Part shown: in pieces, positions 25,301-37,000 of the stretch
Layout: every line of letters starts with the position of its first letter
Numbering within the stretch: position 1 is the stretch's first letter
Source of the DNA: Paraspadella gotoi
Taxonomy: Eukaryota; Animalia; Chaetognatha
Reading direction: 5' to 3'
Length of the DNA stretch: 64,000 bases
Assembly (NCBI GenBank): GCA_051294375.1
Contig: CM119265.1
Location: 17,015,172 to 17,079,171, forward strand
The notes under the pieces: generated by a model
Told to the model about the DNA's origin: nothing
Seen by the model: the letters and a program-made list of their open reading frames with translations, nothing else
Database searches by the model: none
Program-made: the position numbers and the translations under genes

Positions 25301-28300
25301 TTTACTTTATATAATTACACATACCTGGTTAAAAAATTTCAGGATCAGGGGTATGCAGTTTGCAAACACAAGATGCTGGCTCATGAATTCAAACTGATAG
25401 ATGTGATTGACTTTAAAATGCTTCAGAAGTAGCAGAAGAATAGCTGAAATAGCTTTGACAATAATTTCTTTATGTCTGTTAACGTCGATTCCTGAAGACC
25501 AAAGAAAATTCATGAAATAAAATTATTTCACGTTGATTGTAATTATCAGCTATGTAGCTCCTCGTATTTTGATGCTAGTACGGAGTACAATAAAATTTTA
25601 AAAGGATGGAGGGCCTGAGGGGCAAGATACTAGTTTTAAATTGGTCGTTCCAATTTTACGTCGTAATTTACCGAGTTTCATGCTTTGCAAAACTGTTGTC
25701 GGCATCTCTTCTGGTAAAACATCCGCCAAAATATTAATGGAATCAGTTTTAGCCTTTGACGTTGGCGCAGCAGCAAGAAGTATTTTTAGCAGAGCAATCA
25801 TATATTGAGGTAAATTTGGAAGCAGACTCTGATATAGCGATTCCACTGGAAATTAAAATTTCAAAATATTAATTATGATAATTAAGATATGATATTATCG
25901 CAAAAAATTCCATTTTTACTTGCTACAATTGCACACTTTTATAATATCCAATTGTAAAAAAGTGTGACGACGACAACGACGACGTCACTCAGAAACAAAA
26001 GCTCCCAAAACGGGCCGAAGCCCGTCTGGCGAGATGAAAAAGAAAAACCATGAATGAACAGTCCAGGAGCATGAAAAGTAGGACTAAGCTCTGACGAAAA
26101 AAGTCAGAGGTTTTTTAATATATTCTTTGACCGGCCAATGTAGAATGATGGCAATATTGCTATTTTTAAGTTTCAAAAAAATCCGACCATAAATATAGAA
26201 AATATTAACCAAAATCTTCGGAAAATCCACCCCTTCTTTGGAAGATTTTCGCCATATAAGATTTTTTCCGAATCTGACTCCCGGTTGAAAACTCTTAGAA
26301 TTCCGATCGTTAGCTCCTCTTTTACTTTTACTTTAAATAAAAATTTCAGCAAAATGGACTAATTCACTTTAACATGATTGTATCATATTAAAATAACCAA
26401 ATGAAATGTAAAGAAAAATTTTGAGAGCCCTTCAGACATATTGCTATCAGATTCCTGAATTCGAAGTTTATTGTAAAATGACAACATACCTTAAATGCGT
26501 TGACATTGTATTGAAGTTGAGAAATCCCTTTATTTTATATATAAAAATTGCGTCAAAAATATTTTCCCGAGCGGACCAGTCCATTTGAATCGAATGGTTC
26601 AATGTCAAAATGATGGTTATTTGTCAAGAGAAAAAAATGCGAGCCCTTCAGATGCAACAGGATCGGAATCAAGTGTTTTTACATCTATTTTTTACCCGAA
26701 TTTTTCCCAGGGGCGTTGACATTATTTGGTAGTCAGATTTGAACGAAAATCTCCATTGAAAAAGTCTTCTCGATTTCTAAGAACGACGTAGACTCCTATG
26801 AAAAGAGTTCAATTTACCTGAACTGTCAATTATAATATCTTCTCGTTGTTTCGACAGAGGATATTTCGCAATTTCTTCTTCATGCTGAATCTGTACCTCC
26901 GCCAGAGATGTGTATATATGGTGACGTAACACACTGACACCTAAAACAAAATTAAGATTTGGATATTTATAAATGCAGTTCTTACATAATTAACCGAATA
27001 TTGTAATCTATCCTGAAGACTGGTGAACAGCCGACGAAAAATACAGGTAATTAATTAATCACTAAACCTTTTATAACCATTGACTACAGATAGATAAAAA
27101 GAAGACAATGTGGCAACTCGATATCGAAAACAGGAGTAAGAGATTAAGGCCATTTATGATTACTAATTGATTAGCTTTAAATGTTTGTCTTCAACATTCT
27201 TTTGTTCCCAGATTTCGATTTTCCCTACCACGCCCTATCCTATATGAACTGTACAAATATTACACCTATAAAACTACTAAAGATAACTTGCCTTCGTGAA
27301 TAGGTTGCGGGAGTCCAGCTAAAGTTTCTTGATCGCCTTGAACCGAATAACCAACAAATTTTTGCCTAGATTGATCTAAAAAGTTTTCCAAGTCCTTTTG
27401 CCGAACTTTAGGTTGCCATGGCAAGGATTTCGTCGGGGCCACACCGGAAATACAAGGTGTATCAGGGCGAGGCATGGGTGACGGAGTTCGACGGCTTAAT
27501 TCTACATCGCCGACCTAAGAAAACCGATCCAAAGGCGGTAAAAAAATGAATCTACGGCGCAGAAACATGTTAGTTTTAAATCGTTTTTGGTTTAATTTGC
27601 GAAGCACAAATGGTTGAGCTTGAAAAAACCAGCTTCATTGGCGTAGTAGTAATAGTAATAGAAATTAATAAAAATCCCCAAATCCTTTCTATAAACAAAA
27701 TATTAAAATTAATGTTTAGTTTCCTTCTATATTTTTAAGTTATTTTATTCATATCATCTATAGTATATAAGATCGTATATTTTTAGTCTTTGATCAACTT
27801 CAAATATGCCTTGGAGCATATATAGTATATAAGGCGGAACAGGTTATAAACTAACAGAAGTCCGATATAAATATTGTTAATGTGTTTATTAAAGATCATA
27901 AAAAAAAAAAATGTAATATTTATCTTATAGTTAAACGCATGGATGCTATTTTATATTATCCAAATACTATATAATGTCAAAAATTTTCTGGGGTAAATTT
28001 TTATTTTTTTTATCGGATTCTGATAGAGCTTGGAAAGTTAGATGAAGGTTATTAATACAACCTTTTGAAATTTTAATGATTTGTCTATAAAAATTTAGAA
28101 AAACTATCAAATTTATTGAATGATGAGGATGATTATGATTTTTTAAGATTTTTTAAATATTTAACCCATTTATCATTACAATTTTAAAAATTTGTAATAA
28201 TAACCTTCTTCTAACTTTTTATTTAATCTTTATCAAAATCAATTTTTAAAAATTTAAATTTCCCCAAAAAATTTTTTAGCATTTATTTATTTTTAAATAT

Positions 28301-31300
28301 TAAAAATAAAATGCTTCCAGGAGGAAAATGAATTTTAAAATAATCTAACATCATAAGTCCATTTGGTTGTAAAAGGACAAAATACTTTTATTGCAACTAT
28401 TTCATATTGTAAAAAATTGAGGCGACTTACCACCGGTCTCTCTCTCTAAACCGGTCTATCCACACGGTCACTTTGCCCTCGCTTTGGCAATGACCTTAGA
28501 TTGATCGGACACAGTAATAAGGCCGAGGCGACCGTAAGGTCAAGTTGGTCCGGGCGATGATAAAAGTGGATCAGGAAAGAGCTCGTCTCACTTCTTTTCT
28601 ACTTCTCTTACATCGTCACAATTCTTCACCTTTTTTCCTACCTTTATTTTATCATATTTTCGTCTTCTACAAAATGTTAAATTCTGGCCCGCCTTAATAT
28701 ATATACTTCACATATATACATTTAATTTCAAAAGAACAAATAATACAAATAAATTTTAGCCCATGCAGATCAGAAGTCAATGGAAAAAAATTATTCCAAA
28801 ATAAACTCCCGCACGTGATTTTTGGTGCCTCCCGATGTTGCGTGAACAATCCTACCGAGACAGAAATCCATGACCTGTGGCCCCATGTTGGTGGTTTGAA
28901 ATTTTAATTATATTTAATTAAATTCCAGTTTGCTATGTGGTGGAGACTAAAAGCCGCCTCACTACTGCTTCTCTCAGAGGGCTAACGCACCATCGCAGAG
29001 CATCTTTGACAAAGCGTGACGGAGTGGCGTAAACTGAGGCAGCCATCGAGGGTCTGAACCCCCTGAAGCCAGTTGGTGAGGTGCTCCTCGCTTCAAGAAC
29101 CACAGGCAATCCCGTTGTTTCAAAACTAGAAACTATTCATATAATAAATTATCCACTTGACCACTTAGTTTTAGTTTCTTTTCAGTAAAGGAAAAAAACA
29201 TTTAAAAAAAAAAATGCATCGCTCACATTCTGCTTCTCGGAACTGGCAAGGCAACTGTTAATAAACTGTCCCGCCCGTGTGGTGCTTTAAATTCCTTCCT
29301 AAATTCTTGAAGTTTTCGGTGTCAAAAATCTATTAAAGATGTAAACTACTTTTTTGTGGAACTACTGAGTAAGTGTAACCACAAGAAAGAATATCCAGGT
29401 TTAAACAAAAAATATTCTATGAAAATTTTAACAATTGCATGCATTGAGAAAAGAGCATAAAAAATATGAGAACAAAAAAAAATATTAAAGCAACTTACTC
29501 TGTCATTTTGAGAAGCCTATAAAACAAAAATTGATAATATTCAAATGAATATATTACCGATGATGAGCAGGTAAGTTTTTTTTAGCTTAAACTAGAGCCA
29601 AAGCTATAATAAATACTAAGTTTTTACGTGTTCATATTTACTTTTTACCGGCCATCAGTAATATTTGATAAAAAATTTTAAATGTCAAAAGTTTATCTTT
29701 ATGGCAGAGTAAATCTAGTCGCATAATGTAGCGATAACGAGCCGTATTACTCAGCAATTTTTAACACCAAGCAGTCAAGATAGTAAAGATGTGGGTCCAA
29801 CCTCCCTCACCTCCGCAGGTACATCTTCTGACGAAGCGATAGGAGGACGAGTGGCAGCCATTGTTTCCAACTCTAGTTCCCTCTCAAGATCTTCCTCCTC
29901 ATCTTTTTCGGCCTCGGCCAACGGTGCTTCCGAACCTTAATCAGTCAATGCCCAACAATAGTAAACAGACTTGATCGCAATGACAATGGTAATACAAATA
30001 AAATTGAATCCTATCTATAGAACTCCTGAGCCAATGTACATGTGTCAAAACGCTTCTTTATCATATAAGGATATTTAAATCCTTGATATAGTTATTCAAT
30101 ATTGCATTATTGCTGTAGTGCTTAATACAAGACAAGATACAAAACTGACTTACCCGATTCGTCTATGCTCAGCTGTCTATTGACGAGGGCGGGTTGGACA
30201 TTGTCAACCCCGTCTTCGTCCATGGGCTGTTGAGCGGCGTCTGGGGGTGTTGGCAGCATCGCTCCTGAAACGTAACCATAAAGAAAGCGCATATTTAAAT
30301 TTGCCTGTGATTGGTCAAAAATATTGAGAGGTTAATGATACCTTCATTGCCGTTGGGAAACCCATTGCCATTTCCTCCGTTGAAAGCCCTATTGTTCATC
30401 CCTCGCATCCCAGCCAGGTTTCCTCGAGCGCCGCCGGCTGAAAGAAATGCCAAGGAAGAAAGGAGATGGGTTTAAATAGAATAAGAACCGCAAGTTCAAG
30501 GTGTTGCGCCGCGGTGACATTCTTATGCGTATGCATTTTCCAGTAATCACGTGACTGCACAATATACACAATTATACATACATACATACATATATATATT
30601 ATATTTAAAGCATTAACTGAAATAACCAACTTTTATACGAAAAAATCGTTTTGGCTATTTGATCACGGGACCGTATTTGTAATTGGTTATGTTAATATGT
30701 ATTTGTATACAAATACAACCTTTCTGCCAAGATTAAATTAACAATAATAATAATAATAATTATATGAATTATATAATATATCCTTTTATTCAATGATCCA
30801 CGGTAACTCAACTTACTAACGAACATTAATTAAAATGATACAATATTAGTTAAAATTAAAATTAAAATTTAAGTTTGACAGTCGGACGGACCGATCGACT
30901 GAGCCACAAGCGAGTACTTGCGGCGCAACTAAAAATGATCCGAAATGATTGTGTGCTGATATACAGATTTCATAATTTGCAGTTCGCACTGTTGCGAAAC
31001 TGATCGCGACCATCAACTCGTAGTAAATTATAAATATGAGCAATTAGGATACTTGAAAGATAGAAATTATGGAAGTTGACTAACTTCTTCTCGTTGCATT
31101 ATTAGTTTGCTGTTCAATAAGGTCGGCGGCTGAGGCGGGTGGGGAGGCGGCACGAAGATGCTTAACGACTTCGACGGAGTCCTCAAGAACGGGTGGTAGA
31201 CCGTAGACGGAGCGACGATCGTCCTTTGATCGTTGCTGTTCCTTCATTCCTGAAAAAAATGAAGGACTCAAATATTTAAATTATAATGAAGTAACAATAT

Positions 31301-32608
31301 TTGAAATATATCATATGTAATAGGTATGTATGTATTTTTCTGACAAATCACTTTAATTTACAAAATACTAAAGATTTTGCAAACATGACATGATAAACGA
31401 ATTTTGGATTGTAAATAAAATGCTCAAGACCACCACCACTAAAAATTAAAACCATTCTACTGTATTAATTTTCTTTTGATAAAACCTACCTCCTAATTTA
31501 AAGAGTACAATCTTCCACAGGACTAATAAAACTTTTTTCATGGGAAAATGAGGAGCGGCCCCAGAGCAAAATTTTGTAACCATGGAAAAGAGGGTAACGC
31601 AAAGGTTTTCTCCAGTTTCCAGATTACTCTCCGGATGAGAAAGTTCGACGCGAAGTGTCTCGATTAGATTCGCCTCCTCCGGCGTAATGACCGCGTCGTC
31701 TGAAAATAGAAAGAGCGAAGCGGTGCAGTCGAGTCAAGATTGGACAGTTCCAAGTTCTACAGCCGGATACTGACTTTGTCCGGCGTCGAGGTTCAGTCTC
31801 CAAACGCCTTCAATCACGTGGTACAGGATGTTGAGGATGACGCGTATGTCCGCCGAATCGGCGATGGAGACTGCGGGCTTTCTGAGCGCCTCGTTAGCTG
31901 CAGCCGAGTTCTCTATCTCCATGTCGAGCAGCTGTACTAGGACAGGAATAGCCCCCAGTCGGACAAAGAGAAAAGCGTTCTCACGAGCGTTAATAAACTG
32001 GGAAAGGGAAATATGAAATTGGCTTTTCATTTATAAAATGTAAAATCCTTAATTAATATTGATACGGTATGGCGACGTGGGTTAATTTAATTGACATCTT
32101 TTTATCTGAACAAGTTCGAGGACTACTTTCCACCCCTAGCCCCCCCTTCCACCATCAGCCTTACCTGCTCCTGCTCCGTTTCGACCTCCGCGTAAACGCC
32201 TTGGCAAAGGTATAGTAAAGCTCGTAACGTTTCCAAGCGACTGTCCCGATCGCTCACTTCCGTCGCGTCCAAGAGATAAAGAACTACATCGCTTCGTTGA
32301 GCGGCGTCGAGCTGTTTCCACGTTGTTTCGGGACTGTTCTCGCCCAGTTTTTGTTGGAGACACGCCTCGAAACATTTTCGATTGAAGAAGAACTCGCAGT
32401 CCTCCGTGTAAGAATAGAGTTCGGCGATCTCGACTTGGTACTTGTCGGCGTCGGTGTATTCAAACTCGAGATCGGGCGCGAGATCGGACACCGACTCTGA
32501 ATCGCCACGCTGTCGTCTTAAGAGTTCACGAAGCTTCGGCAAGCCTCTACGACCAGCCATTCCGGACGCCGCTGGCCCGTTACCTCCCATGGCCGGCACG
32601 CGATCCAT
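18687..32608 (-). CDS. STRIP1: Striatin-interacting protein (STRIP1/2, FAM40/Far11), multi-exon
   Basis: DLEFEYTDADK...EIAELYSYTE, LRKPAVSIADS, APHFPMKKVLL, LPWQPKVRQKD, LLKILLAAAPTSKAKTDSINILADVLPEEMP, CWRNLFSCINLLRILNKLTKWKHSRTMMLVVFKSAPILKRALKVKQ, RHRLTDDWAYGND. Confidence 0.95.
19311..19386. repeat. (GA)n microsatellite; others at ~55155-55192, ~55334-55395 and ~62469-62572
   Basis: Seen directly. Confidence 0.97.
22672..24262 (+). CDS. OAS: 2'-5'-oligoadenylate synthetase-like nucleotidyltransferase nested antisense in a STRIP intron; exons 22672-22944, 23042-23247, 23554-24262 (~395 aa; an upstream exon is possible)
   Basis: GSLEKGTAIRGMTDVDLVLYF (GS/DxD), QVDLTLAVD (third Asp), FSSSFTREQ, KDLIRLVKFWY, SYLFELLTI.VW, RPLIVGP..ENVA...WKEL. 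Phases 0 and 2 match. Confidence 0.88.
24975..25022 (+). ncRNA. Minimal type I hammerhead-like motif (Penelope-type), probably degenerate
   Basis: CTGATGA-A-GGTCC-gaatgta-GGATC-GAAAC-AT-GTC followed by AATAAA. Palindromic ACATGT forms the minimal stem III; stem I is weak. Confidence 0.6.
25963..26040 (+). mobile_element. Helentron/HINE-like terminus; second copy at ~57974-58040, motif also at 266-278
   Basis: (GAC)n microsatellite, a CGGGC-CGAA-GCCCG hairpin, then CGTCTGGCGAGAT and an A-run. Confidence 0.45.
26078..26346. repeat. Inverted copy of the repeat at 1-260
   Basis: Reverse complement aligns by eye with 1-260. Confidence 0.85.
28936..29122. mobile_element. More distant member of the same TG..CA family; a partial relative lies at ~32817-32886
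   Basis: TGTGGTGG start, ACGCACCATC, GAGGGTCTGAA, and CACAGGCAATCCCGTTGTTTCA end. Confidence 0.55.
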
Positions 32609-34016
32609 CACGGCTCATGAAGTTCGAATCATTTTTTCGAAATGAGTTACTAACAGTAACATTTGTGGCGACCAAAACACGAAAAATAAATTCATCAATA
32701 CTTGAGTGTAATTCTGGAAAATAAAAAAAAATTGCCCATTAACCTTATCTTTAACCCTAACCTCATCTTTAATTCTAAAATTCAGATAAAATGGGACGTT
32801 CTGGGGAAAATGGGCGGGTGACGGAGTCGACGTACAACCGCGCCAGTTGTCTGAGGCATCCACCGAGGGTCTGAAGCCACTAAAGACAATCATTTAAATG
32901 CTACATATGTACAGCATTATTTTACATCAACTTAAATTAAAAAGATGACACGTCTTATTTAAAGAGGATTTAAATAACAACCGTCAACCAAACATTTCCC
33001 TAACCGACAAACATTTAAAGCAACAAAAACAATTTGGCCCTGTTCTAACACAAATTTTATAAAATTTTCTTTACTTCATAAAAACTGACCTTTAAACTAA
33101 CAATTAAAAATGATTAAAAAAAATAAATAAAAATCAACGAAAATAAATTTTAATTTTAGAAAAGATGCAATAAAAAAAGCGAAACTGCAACATAAAATCA
33201 TTTTTTTAAAAAGAAAAAAAAAGAAAATGAAGCTAGAATGGTTCGGGAAGAGAACAGCGCTGACATCTATCATATACCGCACCTTAAATCACCCAGAGGC
33301 CTAAATTTTTTTCTGATAAAAATCTTAACTCCACCCAATATTTTCTTTAAATTTCATTTTAAAGATGCCGACATAGCTATATAATGATTAAAAATTATCA
33401 AGTAATCATTTTCAAATCAAAAAGTTTAAAACATGTTAGAAACAAAAGTTTCGCATTGGATCCAACAAAACACTCGTTCTTAAATTAATAGTAGGTTTGT
33501 ATAAATATCCTCCAAGAATATAAACTAATACAGGATGTTCAAACATTAAATGGGGAAATTGTTTATCCTAATCTGTTATAATAAGCGAAATTATTTTTTC
33601 ACAGAAATTTTATAAAAACTTCATAAGACCGTGTGGCCTAATTATCATATTTTACTTCACTAGACTTTTTATGAAATGTACTATTTAGTATTAATCATAT
33701 TTATAAACAATTCTGTTTTGTACAATTCACATACAATACAATATTCACTAAACTAGTATTTGTAATGTTAAAACATACCGGAATAGCAATATCAATTATA
33801 GAAAACTTGCTCGGTATCCGAGCGAGTGAAGGAAATATTTCTTTAGTAACACGAGTATATATATATAATAATAATAATATAATATATTCGTAACCAGCTA
33901 CGATAAATAAGGATTCAAAAAAAAAAAAAAATAATAATAAACTCGAAATTTTCGCCGAAATAACTTTTAAACAATTTTTTCATAAGATTGGAAACGTCCG
34001 AAAAGCTTCTCATTCA

Positions 34017-37000
34017 ATGGCGCATACAAAGTCAGGATTCTCAGAAGCAAGTGACCTCCTATCAGCAGCGCTAGAGCAAATGGATGGAATTCTTGCCAGC
34101 AATAATTATCAGGTTTGTTTAAGTTTAATATCAGTATCAAAGTAAAAGTTCAAGGCTACCGTGGAATTAAGAAATGAAAGCTTATAATACTAATATAGTT
34201 GAAAGAATATAGTAACAAAGTTTTTTGAAATTGGATTTAGAGCTCCATTTCTCCTACTGCTGGTACTCCTGTTACAACTCCATCTCCTTCCCATGAATTA
34301 GAAAATCATTCTACAATGAACCGTCATATTTTACAGGTAAAAATTTTGAAACTGCAGCACTTCAACCGATATATTATTATGTATAATGTACTTATAATAG
34401 ATTAGTATCGAGTATTATGGTCCTTTCATCAAATAATGAATAAAATAAAATGAATTCAATTGGGAAAACAATTAAAAAAATTGCATAAAGTTAGATCTTA
34501 AATTTTGTTAAAAATTCTTTGTAATAAGTTAAAGATAATTTTAACAAAATCTGAGTCCTTAAAGATCATCAGCCTCATCAGTGACTAGCAATCCCATATT
34601 AATAATATTTAAATTCATAGTTATTTTATTTTTAAAAAATCAAAATTTTTCTTTCCTTACCTGGGACTTATACTGTTTATAATATATTTCCAAAGACCAT
34701 ATATAAATTATATATTGTTCAAAAAATTATTACATAATTGCTTAATTACGAACTTTTGCTGCAGGAAAAAATAATCCGCTTGACTGAAGAATTATATGAC
34801 GCAATCAATGGATTAGAAAATTGGGACGAAGTAAAGCATCATATACCAGAGAGTACATTATCTATTCTTATTCAGTTTTTCAAAGATAACCATACAGAAA
34901 ATGACCAATCTACTTCGCGACTCCAAACCAAATTTCCCTCTGAAAGTTTGAAGTCAAACTTACAAAGGGACAATGAAAGTTTATCATTGCAGGTTAATTT
35001 TTGTCCCAAAATAATACTACGTAAAATTTCAATTTTGTTAAAACTAATATAATAAAATTTTATTTTAATAGGTCAGCATTTTATCCGACCAGCTCGAATC
35101 GCAAATAGAAAAAATAAAAGAACTTGAAACTTGCTTGCACATTAAAGAAAAGGAGGTTGATGCAGCTGAATCTAAGTTAAAAATCAAAACTAGTCTCTCA
35201 AGCAATGAAATCAGCCCCGAGTTAAGTAACCTCAGAACAAAGTTAAAAATTTTAGAAAAAGAAAAAATGAATCTTGAATTTAAATTGACTGCCTCTAAAG
35301 CCGATTCAGCAAAAAATCATCAAAACATAAGTGAAAAAGACTTGGAAATTACAGATTTAAAATTAAAACTTAAAAATTCTCAAAACCGGAGTGATTCTGT
35401 TTCAGTTCTTAACACAAATGATAATGAAGTAGACAAGCTACGAAAAATGGTTGAATCCTTGATGAAGTCGGGTAAAGAAAAAGATCGAACCATCGACGAC
35501 CTTCGAGATACTATAAATCGTTTTAAAAGAATACAAGATCTTGTTTTAGATGTTCATGAAAGCAGGAGAAAACTTGACACTGAATCTGATTTCGAAGATA
35601 ATAACTCGTTAGCATCTGGGATGCAAGGAAATGATACATTTTCTACGAATAGCAGAAGCACCCCAATTAGAGATTTTATTGCATCTCCCCCAGACCTTTC
35701 AGTATCACCAAATAGTCCTAATTCTCCATCTAATATTATGAGTCATAAACATGTACAAGGTTTTCATTCAAAACCTCCAATATATCCAACTCAACCGCCT
35801 TATTATACGCCACCATTGTGTAAGCATTCTAACTCAAGTTCCCAAAATAATTTGTGTGCCCATTGTTCAAACAGCCAACAAAGATTTTCAAATTCTCCAT
35901 TTCCGAATAAAAGTAATGAAATTGAAGGACATGCCTTTCAACCTTTCCACACCAACACAAATGAAGCCATTAGTCCCAGTTCACAGCAACGGTCTGCGTC
36001 TATCGCTTTATTGACATCTGATGATCACCGTCATATTCAAAAACCATCAAAGACACCACCACCAAATCATACTTTCGCAGTATCTCCAAGTAAAATTTTA
36101 ATAAAATAATAGTTAAATGAATGAGTAAGGTATATGTAATAAAAATTTCAAAAATAATGAAATTTTATTCTTTGTAGCACCATCTAGCAAAAACGTTTGT
36201 GCCACTCTACCAAGAGGATTTTCGCCTCCTTCAGCCCGTTCTCTGAGTTACAGTGAAAAATCCCTAGTATCACCTCTCTTATCTCAACACGAAAAACACC
36301 ACTTTCTCCCAAGGTAAACGAGATGCATGGCTCACGTAATTCCTTTATTCTCCTTGAATTTTTTTTTTCCTCATTGGATTTTAAAAATACATGATTTAAA
36401 CGATAATTAAGTTCCACACAAAGGACAAATTAACGACTGTTTGCTAGCTTGAGAACTTCGGATCTTCTCCATGTGAGAGACGTCCCGTCCCGCTTACTAG
36501 CATTGACACGAATGTGGCAAAAACCCTTGGTGGAAAGACAGAATGCTCACTCTTATACCAACAGAGTTGCGCTGATATATTGGTGGCCATAGTAAATATG
36601 CTGCCACAATAATGCCTTTTTCATAGCTAGTTCTACTTCATTTAAAGTAATGTAATATTTTTATTGGTTTTTATGTTCATGTTTTATATGCTAAATTTTA
36701 ATTTTCTAAAATTTTATCATTTTCACATCACTCTACTGGACAGACTATTTTTGCATAAGGTCTCCTCCCTTTAAAAAAAAACTATTTTAAATTTAAAATT
36801 TAAACTAAAAAAAATATACTATTCTTAGCTTAATTAATGACGCATATTTATATCAATTATTTTTAGTATTTAATTACTATTTTCTAATAAAATTAAGTTT
36901 TTACACTTTTTTCATGTGTTTTTTTTAGAAAATATAATATTTATTATTAGTTTTGAAAGCAGATTCGAATTCCTCATAAAAAGTTGATAAAAGAAAATAA

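Noticed and set aside
26088-26112. CTGACGA as a hammerhead core
   Set aside because: Part of the 1-260 repeat terminus; no stem II/GAAA arrangement.
27011-27048. CTGAAGA...GAAA as a hammerhead
   Set aside because: Five extra bases between stem II and GAAA, and no stem III or cleavage triplet.
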